Source of the DNA: an uncultured Rhodospirillales bacterium
GTDB lineage: Bacteria; Pseudomonadota; Alphaproteobacteria; CACIAM-22H2
Direction: 5' to 3'
NCBI GenBank assembly: GCA_903860935.1
Contig: CAIOSQ010000269.1
Span: forward strand, 1 to 63,219
DNA: 63,219 bases
In this document: positions 19,015-29,746 of the stretch, one piece after another
Layout of the letters: every line of letters starts with the position of its first letter
How positions within the stretch are numbered: position 1 is the stretch's first letter
Program-made: the position numbers and the translations under genes
Notes under the pieces: model-generated
What the model saw: only the letters and a program-made list of their open reading frames with translations
The model's database searches: none
Told to the model about the DNA's origin: nothing

Positions 19015-19837
19015 CAAGGCATCGCGCCGCCCCCATCGTGGCATCGCGATGGTCGCGATCGGCGCGGCGATGCTGGCGCTGCTGCTGCTCGTCGTCGTCG
19101 CCGGTCCCTCGATTGCGCCGTTCAACGCGGCGAAGACATCCGCAAACTCGCTTGCAGGTCCCGATGCGACGCACTGGCTCGGGACCGATTCGATCGGTCG
19201 CGACCTTCTGAGCCGCCTGATCGTCGGTGGCCGCGGCACATTGACGATCACCTTCGTCGCGGTGGCGCTGGCGCTCGCGGCCGGCCTCGTCCTCGGGCTC
19301 GTGTCCGGCTATGTCGGCGGCAAGGTCGACCTTGTCATCATGCGCCTGCTCGATGTGGTCTTCGCGTTTCCCGTCTTTCTCCTCGCGATCGCGGTGGTCG
19401 CGGCGCTGGGGCCCACGATCAGGAACCTGATCATCACGATCGCCATCGTCTACACCCCGACCCTCGCGCGGGTGGTTCGCGGCCCCGTCCTGAGCGTCAA
19501 GCGCTGGGACCATGTCGAGGCGGCGCGCAGCGTCGGCGTCGGCGAGTTCAGGATCGCGGTCGTGCATGTGCTGCCGCTCGTGATCTCGCCGATCCTGGTC
19601 CAGACCAGCCTGACGCTGGCGAACACGATCTTCACGGTGACCGCGCTCTCGTTCCTCGGCCTCGGCCCGCCGCCGCCCGACCCCAATTGGGGCAGCATGC
19701 TCGCCGAGGCGCGGCAATTCATGGAACTGGCGCCCTTGACGGTCATCGGTCCCGCGGTGGCGATCGTCTTCGCATCGCTGACCTTCATCGTGCTCGCCAA
19801 CGGATTGCGCGAAGTCCTCGATGTGGGGAATCGCTGA
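19007..19837 (+). CDS. ABC transporter permease (DppC-like)
   Basis: ATG at 19007 (8-nt overlap). HWLGTDSIGRDLLSRLIVGGRGTL ... HVEAARSVGV. Confidence 0.88.
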   Translation: MTDKASRRPHRGIAMVAIGAAMLALLLLVVVAGPSIAPFNAAKTSANSLAGPDATHWLGTDSIGRDLLSRLIVGGRGTLTITFVAVALALAAGLVLGLVSGYVGGKVDLVIMRLLDVVFAFPVFLLAIAVVAALGPTIRNLIITIAIVYTPTLARVVRGPVLSVKRWDHVEAARSVGVGEFRIAVVHVLPLVISPILVQTSLTLANTIFTVTALSFLGLGPPPPDPNWGSMLAEARQFMELAPLTVIGPAVAIVFASLTFIVLANGLREVLDVGNR

Positions 19838-20646
19838 TGTCGCCTCTGCTCGAGGTTCGCGACCTCACCGCTCAATTCGCCCGCGACGGCGTTCCCGCCA
19901 CGGTCGTCAAGGGGATCTCGTTCGACATCGCTCCCGGAGAGTCCGTAGGCTTCGTCGGCGAATCGGGTTGCGGCAAGAGTGTCACCGCGCGCGCGATCAT
20001 GCGCCTGGCGCCCGAGGGGTCCTCGGTCGCCTGGGGCGGCCGGATCGGCTTTCGCGGACAGGATCTGCTCACGCTGTCCGAGCGTGAGATGCGCGATATC
20101 CGTGGCCGGCGGATCGCCATGGTGTTCCAGGATCCGATGGCCTCTCTGAACCCGGTCATGAGCGTCGGCGCCCAGATCGACGACATCCTGCGCCGCCACA
20201 CGGGGCTCTCGCGCAAGGCGGCACGTCAGCGCACGATCGAGCTTCTTGGACTGGTCGGCATCCGCGATCCAGCCATCCGGGCCGACGACTTCCCGCACCA
20301 ATTCTCAGGGGGAATGCGCCAGCGCGTGCTGATCGCGATCGCCGTGTCGTGCCAGCCCGATCTGCTTATCGCCGACGAGCCGACGACCGCGCTCGACGTC
20401 ACCGTCCAGGCGCAGATCCTGCGTCTGCTCAACCGGCTGCGACGGGAACTGGGCATGGCCCTGATGCTGATCACCCATGATTTCGGCGTGATCGCGGGCA
20501 TGGTCGAACGTGTGAACGTCATGCACGGCGGCGAGATCGTCGAGGCGGGGCCCATCGACCAACTCTTCGCCGCGCCGACGCATCCTTATACGCGCGCCTT
20601 GCTCGCAGCGGTGCCTCGCCTGGACGGCGCGAGGCCGGGCGGATGA
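19837..20646 (+). CDS. ABC transporter ATP-binding protein (DppD-like, short)
   Basis: The ATG at 19837 overlaps the upstream stop by 1 nt. [49 protein letters not shown]. Confidence 0.9.
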   Translation: MSPLLEVRDLTAQFARDGVPATVVKGISFDIAPGESVGFVGESGCGKSVTARAIMRLAPEGSSVAWGGRIGFRGQDLLTLSEREMRDIRGRRIAMVFQDPMASLNPVMSVGAQIDDILRRHTGLSRKAARQRTIELLGLVGIRDPAIRADDFPHQFSGGMRQRVLIAIAVSCQPDLLIADEPTTALDVTVQAQILRLLNRLRRELGMALMLITHDFGVIAGMVERVNVMHGGEIVEAGPIDQLFAAPTHPYTRALLAAVPRLDGARPGG

Positions 20647-21617
20647 GCGCGCCGCCGCCCCTGCTCGAGGTACGCGACCTCGGCGTCACCTTCCCGGCGC
20701 GACGCGGTCGCCCCCCGGTGCGCGCCGTGGATGGCGTGTCGTTCGATATCGCTCCGGGACAGACCCTCGGGCTCGTGGGGGAGTCGGGATCGGGAAAGAC
20801 GACCACCGGCCGCGCAATCCTCCAGCTCCAGCCCGTGAGCGCGGGAACGGTCCGGCTGCTTGGCCGCGACCTTACCAGCCTCCCGGCCGCGGAACTTCGG
20901 GCGATGCGCCGGCACATGCAATTCGTCCTGCAGAACCCCTATTCGAGCCTCCATCCGCGGATGACGGTCGCGCAGATACTTGCGGAACCGCTGCGCATCC
21001 ACGCCACGGTCCCGCGCGCCGCGGTCGACGAACGCGTCGCTGAGCTGATGACGCTGGTCGGCCTCGATCCGGCGATGACCCGGCGCTATCCGCATGAATT
21101 CTCCGGAGGGCAGCGCCAGCGCATCGTCATCGCCCGAGCGCTCGCCGTGAACCCCGATTTCGTCGTCTGCGACGAACCGGTCTCGGCGCTCGACGTGCGT
21201 ACGCAAGCCCAGATCGTCGACCTCCTCCAGTCCCTGCAGGCGAAGCTGCGGCTCTCGCTGCTCTTCATCGCCCATGATCTCGCGGTCGTGCGCGCCGTCG
21301 CGCATCGCGTCGCCGTCATGTATGGCGGGCGGATCGTCGAACTCGGCGACGCGGCGCAGGTCTACGACACACCCGCGCATCCCTACACGCGCAACCTCCT
21401 CGATGCCGTCCCGGTGCCCGATCCAGCCCGCCAGCGCGCCCGCCTGGCGGAGGCAACGGTGGATCCGGATTTCCGGGGCCGCGAAGCGGACACGGGAGCC
21501 TGCGTGTTCGGGATCGATCACGCCGCGACCGGCACTGCGCCCTGGCACGAGATCGCGCCGGGCCATTTCGTGTCCTGCCGCTTCTGGCCGCGTGGCGTCA
21601 CGCCGGCCCGTGGATGA
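20643..21617 (+). CDS. ABC transporter ATP-binding protein (DppF-like)
   Basis: ATGA overlap. GESGSGKTTTGRAIL, FSGGQRQRIVIA, FVVCDEPVSALD, HPYTRNLL. Confidence 0.9.
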   Translation: MSAPPPLLEVRDLGVTFPARRGRPPVRAVDGVSFDIAPGQTLGLVGESGSGKTTTGRAILQLQPVSAGTVRLLGRDLTSLPAAELRAMRRHMQFVLQNPYSSLHPRMTVAQILAEPLRIHATVPRAAVDERVAELMTLVGLDPAMTRRYPHEFSGGQRQRIVIARALAVNPDFVVCDEPVSALDVRTQAQIVDLLQSLQAKLRLSLLFIAHDLAVVRAVAHRVAVMYGGRIVELGDAAQVYDTPAHPYTRNLLDAVPVPDPARQRARLAEATVDPDFRGREADTGACVFGIDHAATGTAPWHEIAPGHFVSCRFWPRGVTPARG

Positions 21618-21639
21618 CCGGCAACAACAGGAGAAGACA

Positions 21640-22047
21640 GTGCCGACGCTGCGCAAGACCATCGTTCCGGCGCGCATGACGCGCATCTTCGAGGAGTACG
21701 GCTACGCGCCGGCGCTCCAGGTCGGACGGACGCTCTATTGCGCCGGACAGGTCGGACGCACCGAGGATCTGCGCGTCATCGAGGATCCCGAGGCGCAGTT
21801 CGAAGCCTGCTGGGAGAATCTGCGGATCGTCCTCGCCGAAGCCGGCTGCGATTTCCGCGATGTCGTCGACCTGACGACATTTCATGTCGAGATGCAGGCG
21901 CATTTCGATGCCTTCAAACGCGTCAAGAACCGCGTATTCCCGCGCCAGACATGCCCCTGGACGGCCATCGGCGTCCAGGCGCTGTCACGGCCGGGGCTCC
22001 TGCTCGAAATCAAATGCACCGCCCTGGTGCCGGAGGATGCACCGTGA
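21640..22047 (+). CDS. RidA/YjgF family enamine/imine deaminase-like protein
   Basis: GTG at 21640 after CAGGAGAAG. LYCAGQVGR ... DVVDLTTFHV ... PWTAIGVQALSRPGLLLEIK. The start could instead be the ATG about 36 nt downstream. Confidence 0.75.
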   Translation: MPTLRKTIVPARMTRIFEEYGYAPALQVGRTLYCAGQVGRTEDLRVIEDPEAQFEACWENLRIVLAEAGCDFRDVVDLTTFHVEMQAHFDAFKRVKNRVFPRQTCPWTAIGVQALSRPGLLLEIKCTALVPEDAP

Positions 22048-22847
22048 GCTATCTCGCCATAGAAGATCGTGGCCCCATCGCGATCGTCAGGCTCGACCGT
22101 GCGCAGAGCCGCAACGCGATCTCGAGCTTCGAGGACTGCGCCGAACTCGTCGACTGCCTCGTCCGACTCGACGCCGATCGCGCCAAGCGCGTCATCATCC
22201 TCACCGGTGCCGATCCGGCTTTCTGCGCAGGCGGAGATCTGAAACAGATGCGCGCCGGCACGGGCCTCGGTGGCGGTCGTACCGCGCTCGAGGTCCAGGA
22301 CAATTATCGGCGCGGCGTGCAACGGATCCCGCTCGCCTTCCAGAGCCTCGACATTCCGGTGATCGCGGCGGTGAATGGGCCGGCCGTCGGCGTCGGATGC
22401 GATCTCGCGGCGATGTGCGATCTCCGCATCGCTTCGGAACGGGCGACCTTCGCGGAAAGCTTCGTCAAGGTCGGGCTCGTACCCGGCGACGGTGGCGCAT
22501 GGTTCCTCGCGCGCGCGATCGGCGTCGCTGCCGCGGCGCGCCTTGCGTTGACCGGCGAGACGATCGGCGCCGAACGCGCGCGCGCAATCGGGCTGGTCTC
22601 GGATGTCGTACCGCATGACGATCTGATCCCCGCGGCCGTCGCGCTCGCATCGACCATCGCCGCCAACCCGCCGGCCGCCGTCCGCCGCACCAAACGCCTG
22701 CTCCGCGAGGCCCTCGCGCTACCCCTGCCCGCGTTCCTGGACCTCACGAGTGGCATGCAGGCGGCCTTGCATCATGGTGACGACCACAAGGAGGCCGTCG
22801 CCGCGATCCTCGAGAAGCGCGCGCCGGTCTTCACCGGATCCGACTGA
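22044..22847 (+). CDS. enoyl-CoA hydratase/isomerase family protein
   Basis: The GTG at 22044 overlaps the RidA stop (GTGA). VRLDRAQSRNAIS ... LTGADPAFCAGGDL ... AAVNGPAVGVGCDLA. Confidence 0.85.
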   Translation: MSYLAIEDRGPIAIVRLDRAQSRNAISSFEDCAELVDCLVRLDADRAKRVIILTGADPAFCAGGDLKQMRAGTGLGGGRTALEVQDNYRRGVQRIPLAFQSLDIPVIAAVNGPAVGVGCDLAAMCDLRIASERATFAESFVKVGLVPGDGGAWFLARAIGVAAAARLALTGETIGAERARAIGLVSDVVPHDDLIPAAVALASTIAANPPAAVRRTKRLLREALALPLPAFLDLTSGMQAALHHGDDHKEAVAAILEKRAPVFTGSD

Positions 22848-22860
22848 TCCCCCTGGGGGG

Positions 22861-24042
22861 TCAGGCCCCGGCGAAGGCGAGCGACAACAATTCGACGACC
22901 TCCGCCTCGCTGCGGATCCGGCGCGGATTGTTGAGGACGTAATGGCTCTGCATCGACGCCGCCGCGATCTGCCCGACATGGGCGCGCGCGACGCCGATCT
23001 CCTCCATCGTCGTCGGGAGCCCAAGCTCCGCGACGAAATCGCGGACCGCTTGCCAGGCCGGTACGCCGGGCCGCCCCATCAGCGAACTGACGAGGTCCTG
23101 GGCCTCGGGGCAATGCGCGGCATTGAACCGCAATGTCGCCGGAAGCATCACGCAGGACGTCTCTCCGTGCGGAACACCGAGTGCGCCGCCCAGCATATGC
23201 CCGACACCGTGGCTCGCGCCCATCGGCACGAAGGCCATGTTGTGATCCGCCGACAGCCACGCCGCCATCATGCACCGGTGACGTGCCTCGAGATCCGACG
23301 GATCGTCGCGGGTACGCGGAAGATTGGCGACCAACAACCGGACGGCATGGATCGCCGGCCCCATCGAGTAGTCGTCGACCTTGGGCGAACAAATCGTCTC
23401 GACGGCGTGGTCGAGTGCGCGGATACCCGTCGAAAGCCAGAGCCGCTGGGGCGTGTGGCGGGTCACCGCAGCGTCCAGCACCACCACCTGGGCCGCCAGA
23501 CCGGGATGCGTGTAGATGTCCTTCACGCCGCGCCGGGTATCCGTGCATCCGAGGATCGGGTTGAACTCGCCGGCCGACAGGGTCGTCGCGACCGCGATCT
23601 GGGGCATGCGCGGCGCCGCGTAGTCCGGCAGGTGTCGCGTGCCGTCGGGACGCGCCACCGTCCGGTAGGCGTCGAGTTGATCGGGCGACGTCACGTCATG
23701 CTCGATGCAAAGGCGCAGGAGTTGCCCGGCATCCATCACGGTGCCACCGCCGACGGTGAGCACGAGATCCGCGCCCACGGCCCGCGCGCGCGCCGCCGCC
23801 TCGACGACGCCGTCGCGCGGCGTATGCGCCGGCATCGTGTCGAAGCTGTCTGCGTATCGCGCACCGAGAGCGTTACGCAGGTCGCGGACGACGTCGCTCG
23901 ACCTGTCCAGTGTCCGGCTGACGATCATGAACACACGCCGGGCGCCGAGACGCTCGACCTCGCCGGGAACCATGGCGACCGAGCCGGGGCCGAAATGGAC
24001 CCGCTCGATACGGTGATAGGTCCGATATCCGTTGAGCCGCAT
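22861..24042 (-). CDS. iron-containing alcohol dehydrogenase family (maleylacetate-reductase-like)
   Basis: ADLVLTVGGGTVMDAG ... GASHGVGHMLGG..GVPHGETSC metal-binding His cluster. The ATG at 24042 overlaps the thiolase stop by 1 nt. Confidence 0.8.
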   Translation of the reverse strand: MRLNGYRTYHRIERVHFGPGSVAMVPGEVERLGARRVFMIVSRTLDRSSDVVRDLRNALGARYADSFDTMPAHTPRDGVVEAAARARAVGADLVLTVGGGTVMDAGQLLRLCIEHDVTSPDQLDAYRTVARPDGTRHLPDYAAPRMPQIAVATTLSAGEFNPILGCTDTRRGVKDIYTHPGLAAQVVVLDAAVTRHTPQRLWLSTGIRALDHAVETICSPKVDDYSMGPAIHAVRLLVANLPRTRDDPSDLEARHRCMMAAWLSADHNMAFVPMGASHGVGHMLGGALGVPHGETSCVMLPATLRFNAAHCPEAQDLVSSLMGRPGVPAWQAVRDFVAELGLPTTMEEIGVARAHVGQIAAASMQSHYVLNNPRRIRSEAEVVELLSLAFAGA

Positions 24043-25223
24043 CACACGATCTCGAAAAGTCCCGCGGCGCCCATTCCGCCACCGACGCACATGGTGACGA
24101 CGACACGGCGGGCGCCACGCCGCGCCCCCTCTATCAGCGCATGCATCGCAAGACGCGCTCCACTGACACCGAAGGGATGCCCCATCGCGATCGATCCGCC
24201 ATTCACGTTCAAACGCTCCATAGGGATCCCGAGCCGGTCACGACAATGGACGACCTGGACCGCGAATGCCTCGTTGAGTTCCCAGAGATCGATGTCCTCG
24301 ATCCGCAGACCATGCCGCGCGAGCAGCTTCGGCACGGCGAAGACCGGACCGATCCCCATTTCGTCCGGATCGCATCCGGCCACCGCAAAGCCCCGGAAAA
24401 TCCCAAGCGGCCGCAGACCGCGTCGCACCGCCAGATCGGCATCCATCACGACGACGGCGGCCGCACCATCGGAGAGCTGGCTCGCATTCCCGGCCGTGAT
24501 CGTCCCGTCCACTCCGCGAACGGGCGCCAGGCGCGACAGACCTTCGGCGGTCGTGTCGGCCCGGTTGCACTCGTCCCGCCCGAAGCGCGCCGCGGCGACG
24601 GTCTCGGCGCCGGTCGCGCGATCCTTGACCCGCATCTCGACGTCGATCGGCGCGATCTCGGCGTCGAAGCGGCCATCGGCCTGCGCCGCCGCCATCCGCC
24701 GCTGGCTCTCCAGCGCGTAGGCGTCCTGCGTGGCGCGATCTATCGCGTAACGCCGCGCGACGATCTCGGCCGTGTCGATCATCGGCATCCACAGCGCCGG
24801 GTGATGGGCACGCAGCCATGCCTCGTCGTCATGCGCGGTGTTGAGATGCTCCGCGACGAGGCTCACGGACTCGACGCCGCCCGCGACCAGTGCCGACACG
24901 CCGTCACACATGACGCGATGCGCGGCCATCACGATCGCCTGCAATCCCGAACTGCAGAAGCGATTGATCGTCGCACCGCCGACCGACAACGGCAGGCCGG
25001 CACGCACGGCGCTCATGCGGGCGATATTGTTTCCGGTCGCGCCCTCTGGCCAGGCGCAGCCGAGCAGCACATCGTCGATCTCACCCGGATCGACGCCGGA
25101 TCGCGCGATCGCCGCCGCGATCGCATGCCCGGCCATGGTCGCCCCATGGGTCATGTTGAGGCTGCCGCGCGCCGCCTTTCCGATCGGCGTGCGCGCCACA
25201 CCGACGATCGCCGCGTCCGTCAT
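24042..25223 (-). CDS. acetyl-CoA C-acyltransferase (thiolase, FadA-like)
   Basis: [11 protein letters not shown] ... [12 protein letters not shown] (active-site Cys) ... [20 protein letters not shown] ... CVGGGMG. Confidence 0.92.
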   Translation of the reverse strand: MTDAAIVGVARTPIGKAARGSLNMTHGATMAGHAIAAAIARSGVDPGEIDDVLLGCAWPEGATGNNIARMSAVRAGLPLSVGGATINRFCSSGLQAIVMAAHRVMCDGVSALVAGGVESVSLVAEHLNTAHDDEAWLRAHHPALWMPMIDTAEIVARRYAIDRATQDAYALESQRRMAAAQADGRFDAEIAPIDVEMRVKDRATGAETVAAARFGRDECNRADTTAEGLSRLAPVRGVDGTITAGNASQLSDGAAAVVVMDADLAVRRGLRPLGIFRGFAVAGCDPDEMGIGPVFAVPKLLARHGLRIEDIDLWELNEAFAVQVVHCRDRLGIPMERLNVNGGSIAMGHPFGVSGARLAMHALIEGARRGARRVVVTMCVGGGMGAAGLFEIV

Positions 25224-27361
25224 GAACCGATCCATCCCTTGCGCTCGAGTTGCGCGAAACCCACACCCTCGCGCGCCATGCGGGCCAGGAGCGGCGCAGG
25301 CTCGAGCCAAGCCTCGCCGCGCGCCGCCCAGTCGCGCAGGACATCATGGACATGCCCGACACCGACGTCGTCCGCCCACTTCAGGGGACCGCCCCGCCAG
25401 CGCGGGAATCCGAAACCATGGACGTAGATCACGTCGATGTCGCCAGGGCGTGCGGCCAATCCCGCCTCGAGAATGCGCGCCGCTTCGTTGACGAGCGCGA
25501 ACAGGCAGCGATCGAGGATCTCCTGCTCCGCGATCGCGCGCGGCTTGATGCCGATACGGATCCGTTCGGCGGCAACGACCGCATCGGTCTCCGGAGACGG
25601 CAGAGCCTTGCGACCACCCGGTTCGTAACGAAACCAGCCCTGCCCCGTCTTCTGACCGAACCATCCGCGCTCGCACAGAAGATCGGCAAGCCTGCTCTGG
25701 CGACGATCGGCCCTGCGCATGGCCGGCACTTCCTTGCGCAGCCACCAGGCGACGTCCAGCCCCGCCATGTCCGCCATCGCGAAGGGCCCCATCGGCATTC
25801 CGAACCCGACCAGCGCGCGGTCGACCGCGTCGGGCGTGGCGCCTTCCTCGACCAGAAACTCCCCCTGGCGCTGGTACTCGAAGATCATCCGGTTGGCGAC
25901 GAAGCCGAAGGCATTGCCGACGATCACGCCGGTCTTGCCGATGCGTCGCGCGAACTCCGCCGCGGCACGCAACGTCGCGGCGCCGGTGCCCGGCGCGCGT
26001 ATGATCTCGAGCAACCGCATGACGTTCGCGGGACTGAAGAAATGCAGGCCGAGCACCCTGTCGGGCCTGCACGTGGCACGCGCGATCGCGTCGACGTCCA
26101 GCGTCGACGTGTTGGTGGCGAGAATCGTATCCGGACCGACGACCGCATCGAGCGCGGCGAAGATCTCCAATTTCACCGGCAGACTCTCGAAGGCGGCTTC
26201 GATGACGAGGTCGGACGACGCGAGCCCCGCGATCGTATCGACGAAGACGATGCGCGACATGACAGCCTGCGCCGCATCGGGGTTCATGCGCCCACGTTCC
26301 GTCTGGCCCTTGAAGTGATCCGCGATCGCAACATGCGCGGCGTCACGACGCCCGGTGTCGCTCTCGAACACCTGCACCGGGACACCTGCCCCCGCGATCG
26401 CGAGGGCGATGCCGCGCCCCATCGTGCCCGCGCCGACGACACCGACCGTGCCGATGGAAAGCCCCTGCGTGGTCGCATCGCCATCCGGCAACCGTGTCGC
26501 GGCCCGCTCGGCGAAGAACATGTGCATCAACGCGCGTCCCTCGCCGGACACCCGACAGGCATCGAAGTTCGCCCGCTCCTGCACCAGAGCGTCCGCCAGC
26601 GATCCATCCAGACCGCGCTCCACCGCGTCGATCGCGGCACGGCGCGCACCGGACCAGGGCCAGCGCTCGCGTACGCTCTGCCGCGCCTGCGCAATGGCGG
26701 CCGCGACTTGCGCCTGCTGCACTTCGGTCAACGCGCGCGTGCCGACGCGGCGCTCGGCGAGCGTCGTCTTGTCGATCGTCGCCGCGAGGCGCTCGCAGAC
26801 CGGCTCATGTCCATCGACCGCGACCGCGTCGATCAGGCCGATATCGAAGGCCTTCGCGGCAGCAATCGGCGCGGCGTCGAGAATCATGCGCAAAGCCGCC
26901 TCTGCACCCACCACGCGCGGCAGACGCCGTGTTCCGCCGGCTCCGGGGATCAGGCCCAGGGTCACCTCGGGCAAGCCGAGACGGGTATCCGGGGTCGCGA
27001 TCCGGAAATGGCAAGCCAAGGCAAGTTCGAGACCGCCCCCGAGCGCATTGCCATGCATGCAGGCGATCACCGGCTTCTCGGACCCCTCGATCGTGGCCAG
27101 CACGTCGTTCATGTCCGGAGGTTGCAGCGGGGCGTCGAATTCCGAAATGTCGCCCCCGGCGACGAAATTGCGCCCATCGCCACGGATCGCGACCAGGGAG
27201 ACGTCCGGGTCCGCGATCGCCGCCTCGACGCACGCCGCGAGCCCGGCCCGCACGGCCTGAGACAGGGCGTTGACCGGCGGGTTGGCGATCGTCACCCAGG
27301 CAATGGCGCCGCGCCTCTCGAGGCGGACCGTGCCTTCACTCCCTGCCTTGGACTTGCCCAT
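25220..27361 (-). CDS. bifunctional enoyl-CoA hydratase / 3-hydroxyacyl-CoA dehydrogenase (FadB/FadJ/FadN-like)
   Basis: N-terminal crotonase ([36 protein letters not shown]) plus a C-terminal NAD Rossmann fold ([16 protein letters not shown]) and HADH domains. 713 aa. Confidence 0.92.
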   Translation of the reverse strand: MGKSKAGSEGTVRLERRGAIAWVTIANPPVNALSQAVRAGLAACVEAAIADPDVSLVAIRGDGRNFVAGGDISEFDAPLQPPDMNDVLATIEGSEKPVIACMHGNALGGGLELALACHFRIATPDTRLGLPEVTLGLIPGAGGTRRLPRVVGAEAALRMILDAAPIAAAKAFDIGLIDAVAVDGHEPVCERLAATIDKTTLAERRVGTRALTEVQQAQVAAAIAQARQSVRERWPWSGARRAAIDAVERGLDGSLADALVQERANFDACRVSGEGRALMHMFFAERAATRLPDGDATTQGLSIGTVGVVGAGTMGRGIALAIAGAGVPVQVFESDTGRRDAAHVAIADHFKGQTERGRMNPDAAQAVMSRIVFVDTIAGLASSDLVIEAAFESLPVKLEIFAALDAVVGPDTILATNTSTLDVDAIARATCRPDRVLGLHFFSPANVMRLLEIIRAPGTGAATLRAAAEFARRIGKTGVIVGNAFGFVANRMIFEYQRQGEFLVEEGATPDAVDRALVGFGMPMGPFAMADMAGLDVAWWLRKEVPAMRRADRRQSRLADLLCERGWFGQKTGQGWFRYEPGGRKALPSPETDAVVAAERIRIGIKPRAIAEQEILDRCLFALVNEAARILEAGLAARPGDIDVIYVHGFGFPRWRGGPLKWADDVGVGHVHDVLRDWAARGEAWLEPAPLLARMAREGVGFAQLERKGWIGS

Positions 27362-27371
27362 GCCTCGACTC

Positions 27372-28544
27372 CTAATAGCCGCGTGGCATGCCAAGATCGT
27401 GGACGGCGATGAAGTTGAGGATCATCTCCTCGGAGACCGGCGCGAATAGGAAGAGCCGCGCATCGCGCCAGAGCCGTTCGATATGGAATTCCTTCGCGTA
27501 GCCCATGCCACCATGGGTCTGCATCGCACGCTCGATCGCCTCGTTCGCGGCCCGCGCGGCCACGACCTTGGCCATGTTCGACTCGCTCCCGTAGGCAAGG
27601 CCCTGATCGCATTTCCATGCGGCCTTCAGGTTCAGCGTCGACGCGGCCTCGATCTCCGCCGACGCCCGCGCGAGCGGAAACTGGAGCCCCTGGTAGGCGG
27701 CGATCGGCTTGTCGCCGAATACCTTGCGCGTCGCGCCATATTCGGCGGCAAGGCGCACGGCAAGGCGCGCGGCACCGACGAGCCCGGCGGTCGTCACGAT
27801 CCGCTCGGTGTTCAGCACATGCAGCAGCTCGTTCCACCCGCCATGGAGGGTGCCCACCAGTTCATGCGGTTCGATGCGGACCCCGTCGAAGAACACGGTG
27901 CTGGACGACAGCGTGTTGGTGCCCACCTTCTCGATCGGGGTGTAGGTCAGACCGGCGCGGTCGACGTCGATGAAGAACATGCTGATCCCATCGGTCCGGC
28001 GCGTGGATTCGGAGACAGTCTTTGTCCGCGCGACCACCAGCATCTTCTCGGCGTCGGGAACGGCGGTGATCCATATCTTGCGGCCGTCGAGACGCCATCC
28101 GTCCCCATCGCGCGACGCGAAACTACGCATCTCGAGCGTGTTGCTGCCGGCATCGGGCTCCGTCAACGCCATGCAGCAATTCATCTCGCCGGACACGATC
28201 CTGGGCAGGTAGCGCTCGCGCATCGCGTCGGGCGCGAAGCGCGACAAGGCGACGCCACCGAAGATCGGATTGATCATGAAGACCTGCGCGAGGGTGGCGC
28301 CGGCCCCGCCCTCGGTCAGGGCCTCGATCACCAAGGCAAGATCCAGCATGCCGAGTCCAGCGCCGCCATGATGCTCGGGCAGCGCGACACCGCACAGCCC
28401 GGCGCGGCAGATCGCCTTCCAGGCTTCCGCGGGGAAGCGCCGGTCACGGTCGAGATCGCGCCAGTACTCGAGCCCGTACTCGCGTCCGATCTGTCGCGCG
28501 GTGTCGAGCATCAGGCGCTGGTGCTCGGCGAGTGCGAATTCCAT
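27372..28544 (-). CDS. acyl-CoA dehydrogenase family protein
   Basis: CMALTEPDAGSN ... GRKIWIT ... QFPLARASAEIEAA ... THGGMGYAKEFHIERLWRDARL. The canonical C-terminal YEG Glu position reads FAPVS. Confidence 0.88.
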   Translation of the reverse strand: MEFALAEHQRLMLDTARQIGREYGLEYWRDLDRDRRFPAEAWKAICRAGLCGVALPEHHGGAGLGMLDLALVIEALTEGGAGATLAQVFMINPIFGGVALSRFAPDAMRERYLPRIVSGEMNCCMALTEPDAGSNTLEMRSFASRDGDGWRLDGRKIWITAVPDAEKMLVVARTKTVSESTRRTDGISMFFIDVDRAGLTYTPIEKVGTNTLSSSTVFFDGVRIEPHELVGTLHGGWNELLHVLNTERIVTTAGLVGAARLAVRLAAEYGATRKVFGDKPIAAYQGLQFPLARASAEIEAASTLNLKAAWKCDQGLAYGSESNMAKVVAARAANEAIERAMQTHGGMGYAKEFHIERLWRDARLFLFAPVSEEMILNFIAVHDLGMPRGY

Positions 28545-28549
28545 TGCGT

Positions 28550-29746
28550 TCAGCCTTCCATGGGCGGTGTCGTGAGCAGATCAGTGGGTCGGGACAGCGC
28601 TTTGCGGATCCGATTGAGCAGTGCGAGACCGGATACGCCATCGAATATCCGGTGATCGCAGGACAGGACCAGTCCCATTTCGCGTGCGACGACCGGCTGC
28701 CCCTGCGCGTCGGGACGGAACGTCGCGCGCACCGATCCGGTGCCGAGTATCGCCGACTGGCCCGGCGGAATGATCGAGGTCATCCACGTGACGTCGTGCA
28801 TGCCCGCATTCGACAGCGTCATCATCGGTTCGCCGTCGAGATCGTCGGGTCGAAGGGCACCGGCGCGGGCGCGTCCCGTCAGCGCGGCAAGCCGCGACGC
28901 GATGGTGTGAAGATCCAGGGCGTCCAACCCCTTGAGGACGGGCGCTACCAGCCCGGCCGGCGTATCGATCGCTACCCCCAGATCGATCCGCACGAGCCGG
29001 GCTGGCCCCCCCGACCTCCATACACGCATCGCCGCCCTGTCCGCCGCGAGGGCACGCACGATCGCGGCGACGAGGAAACAGGAGAGCGATATGCCGCGCC
29101 CCTCCTGCTTGAGGCACCCACGCAACGACTCGAGCGCCGAAACCTCGACCTCGCTCGCGAGGTAGAAATGCGGGATATCGCGCTTGGCGACGACCATCCG
29201 CGCCGCCGCGATCCGCTCCGCGTCGGCACTCGGCCCATCTGCATCGCGGCGCGCATGTTCGCCTCGTGCGATCGCCGCCTCGACATCGACGGCCTTTATC
29301 CGGCCGCCAGGCCCGGAGCCGGGCAGGCCGTCGAGACGGATGCCGGCCTGACGCGCAAGGCGGCGCGCGAGCGGCGTCGCGACGACGCGTGGTTCGCCCC
29401 CCACGGCGGGGGCGCGGATCGCATCGGACGGTCCCGGCGCATCGAGAGGCAGCGTTGCGCGCCGTGAATCCGGAACTGCGGGCACAGGAGGCTCCGCACC
29501 ATCATCCGCTTCGAACTCGGCGATGGCGGCGCCGACATCGACCAGGTCACCCGGCCGCGCGACATGGCGCAGCAGACGCCCCGCAAGCGGCGCCTCGACC
29601 TCGCTCGCGATCTTGTCGGTCTCGACGACCACGATGGTCTGGCCGGCAACGAAGCGCTCGCCCTCGGCGATCGTCCATGCGGAGACGACCCCGCTCTCCA
29701 TCGTGAGGCCGAGTTTCGGCATGCGCAGGGTCTGCGCCGCCCCCAT
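28550..29746 (-). CDS. dihydrolipoamide acyltransferase (E2) of a 2-oxoacid dehydrogenase complex
   Basis: Lipoyl domain MPKLGLTMESG ... VVVETDKIASEVEAP, PSBD ATPLARRLARQAGIRL, and catalytic SCDHRIFDGVSG. The ATG at 29746 overlaps the upstream stop by 1 nt (a GTG at 29749 is also possible). Confidence 0.9.
   Translation of the reverse strand: MGAAQTLRMPKLGLTMESGVVSAWTIAEGERFVAGQTIVVVETDKIASEVEAPLAGRLLRHVARPGDLVDVGAAIAEFEADDGAEPPVPAVPDSRRATLPLDAPGPSDAIRAPAVGGEPRVVATPLARRLARQAGIRLDGLPGSGPGGRIKAVDVEAAIARGEHARRDADGPSADAERIAAARMVVAKRDIPHFYLASEVEVSALESLRGCLKQEGRGISLSCFLVAAIVRALAADRAAMRVWRSGGPARLVRIDLGVAIDTPAGLVAPVLKGLDALDLHTIASRLAALTGRARAGALRPDDLDGEPMMTLSNAGMHDVTWMTSIIPPGQSAILGTGSVRATFRPDAQGQPVVAREMGLVLSCDHRIFDGVSGLALLNRIRKALSRPTDLLTTPPMEG

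Noticed and set aside
16390-19251. 953-aa ORF on the minus strand
   Set aside because: It is antisense to SBP-2 and two permease genes and has junk composition. Shadow ORF.
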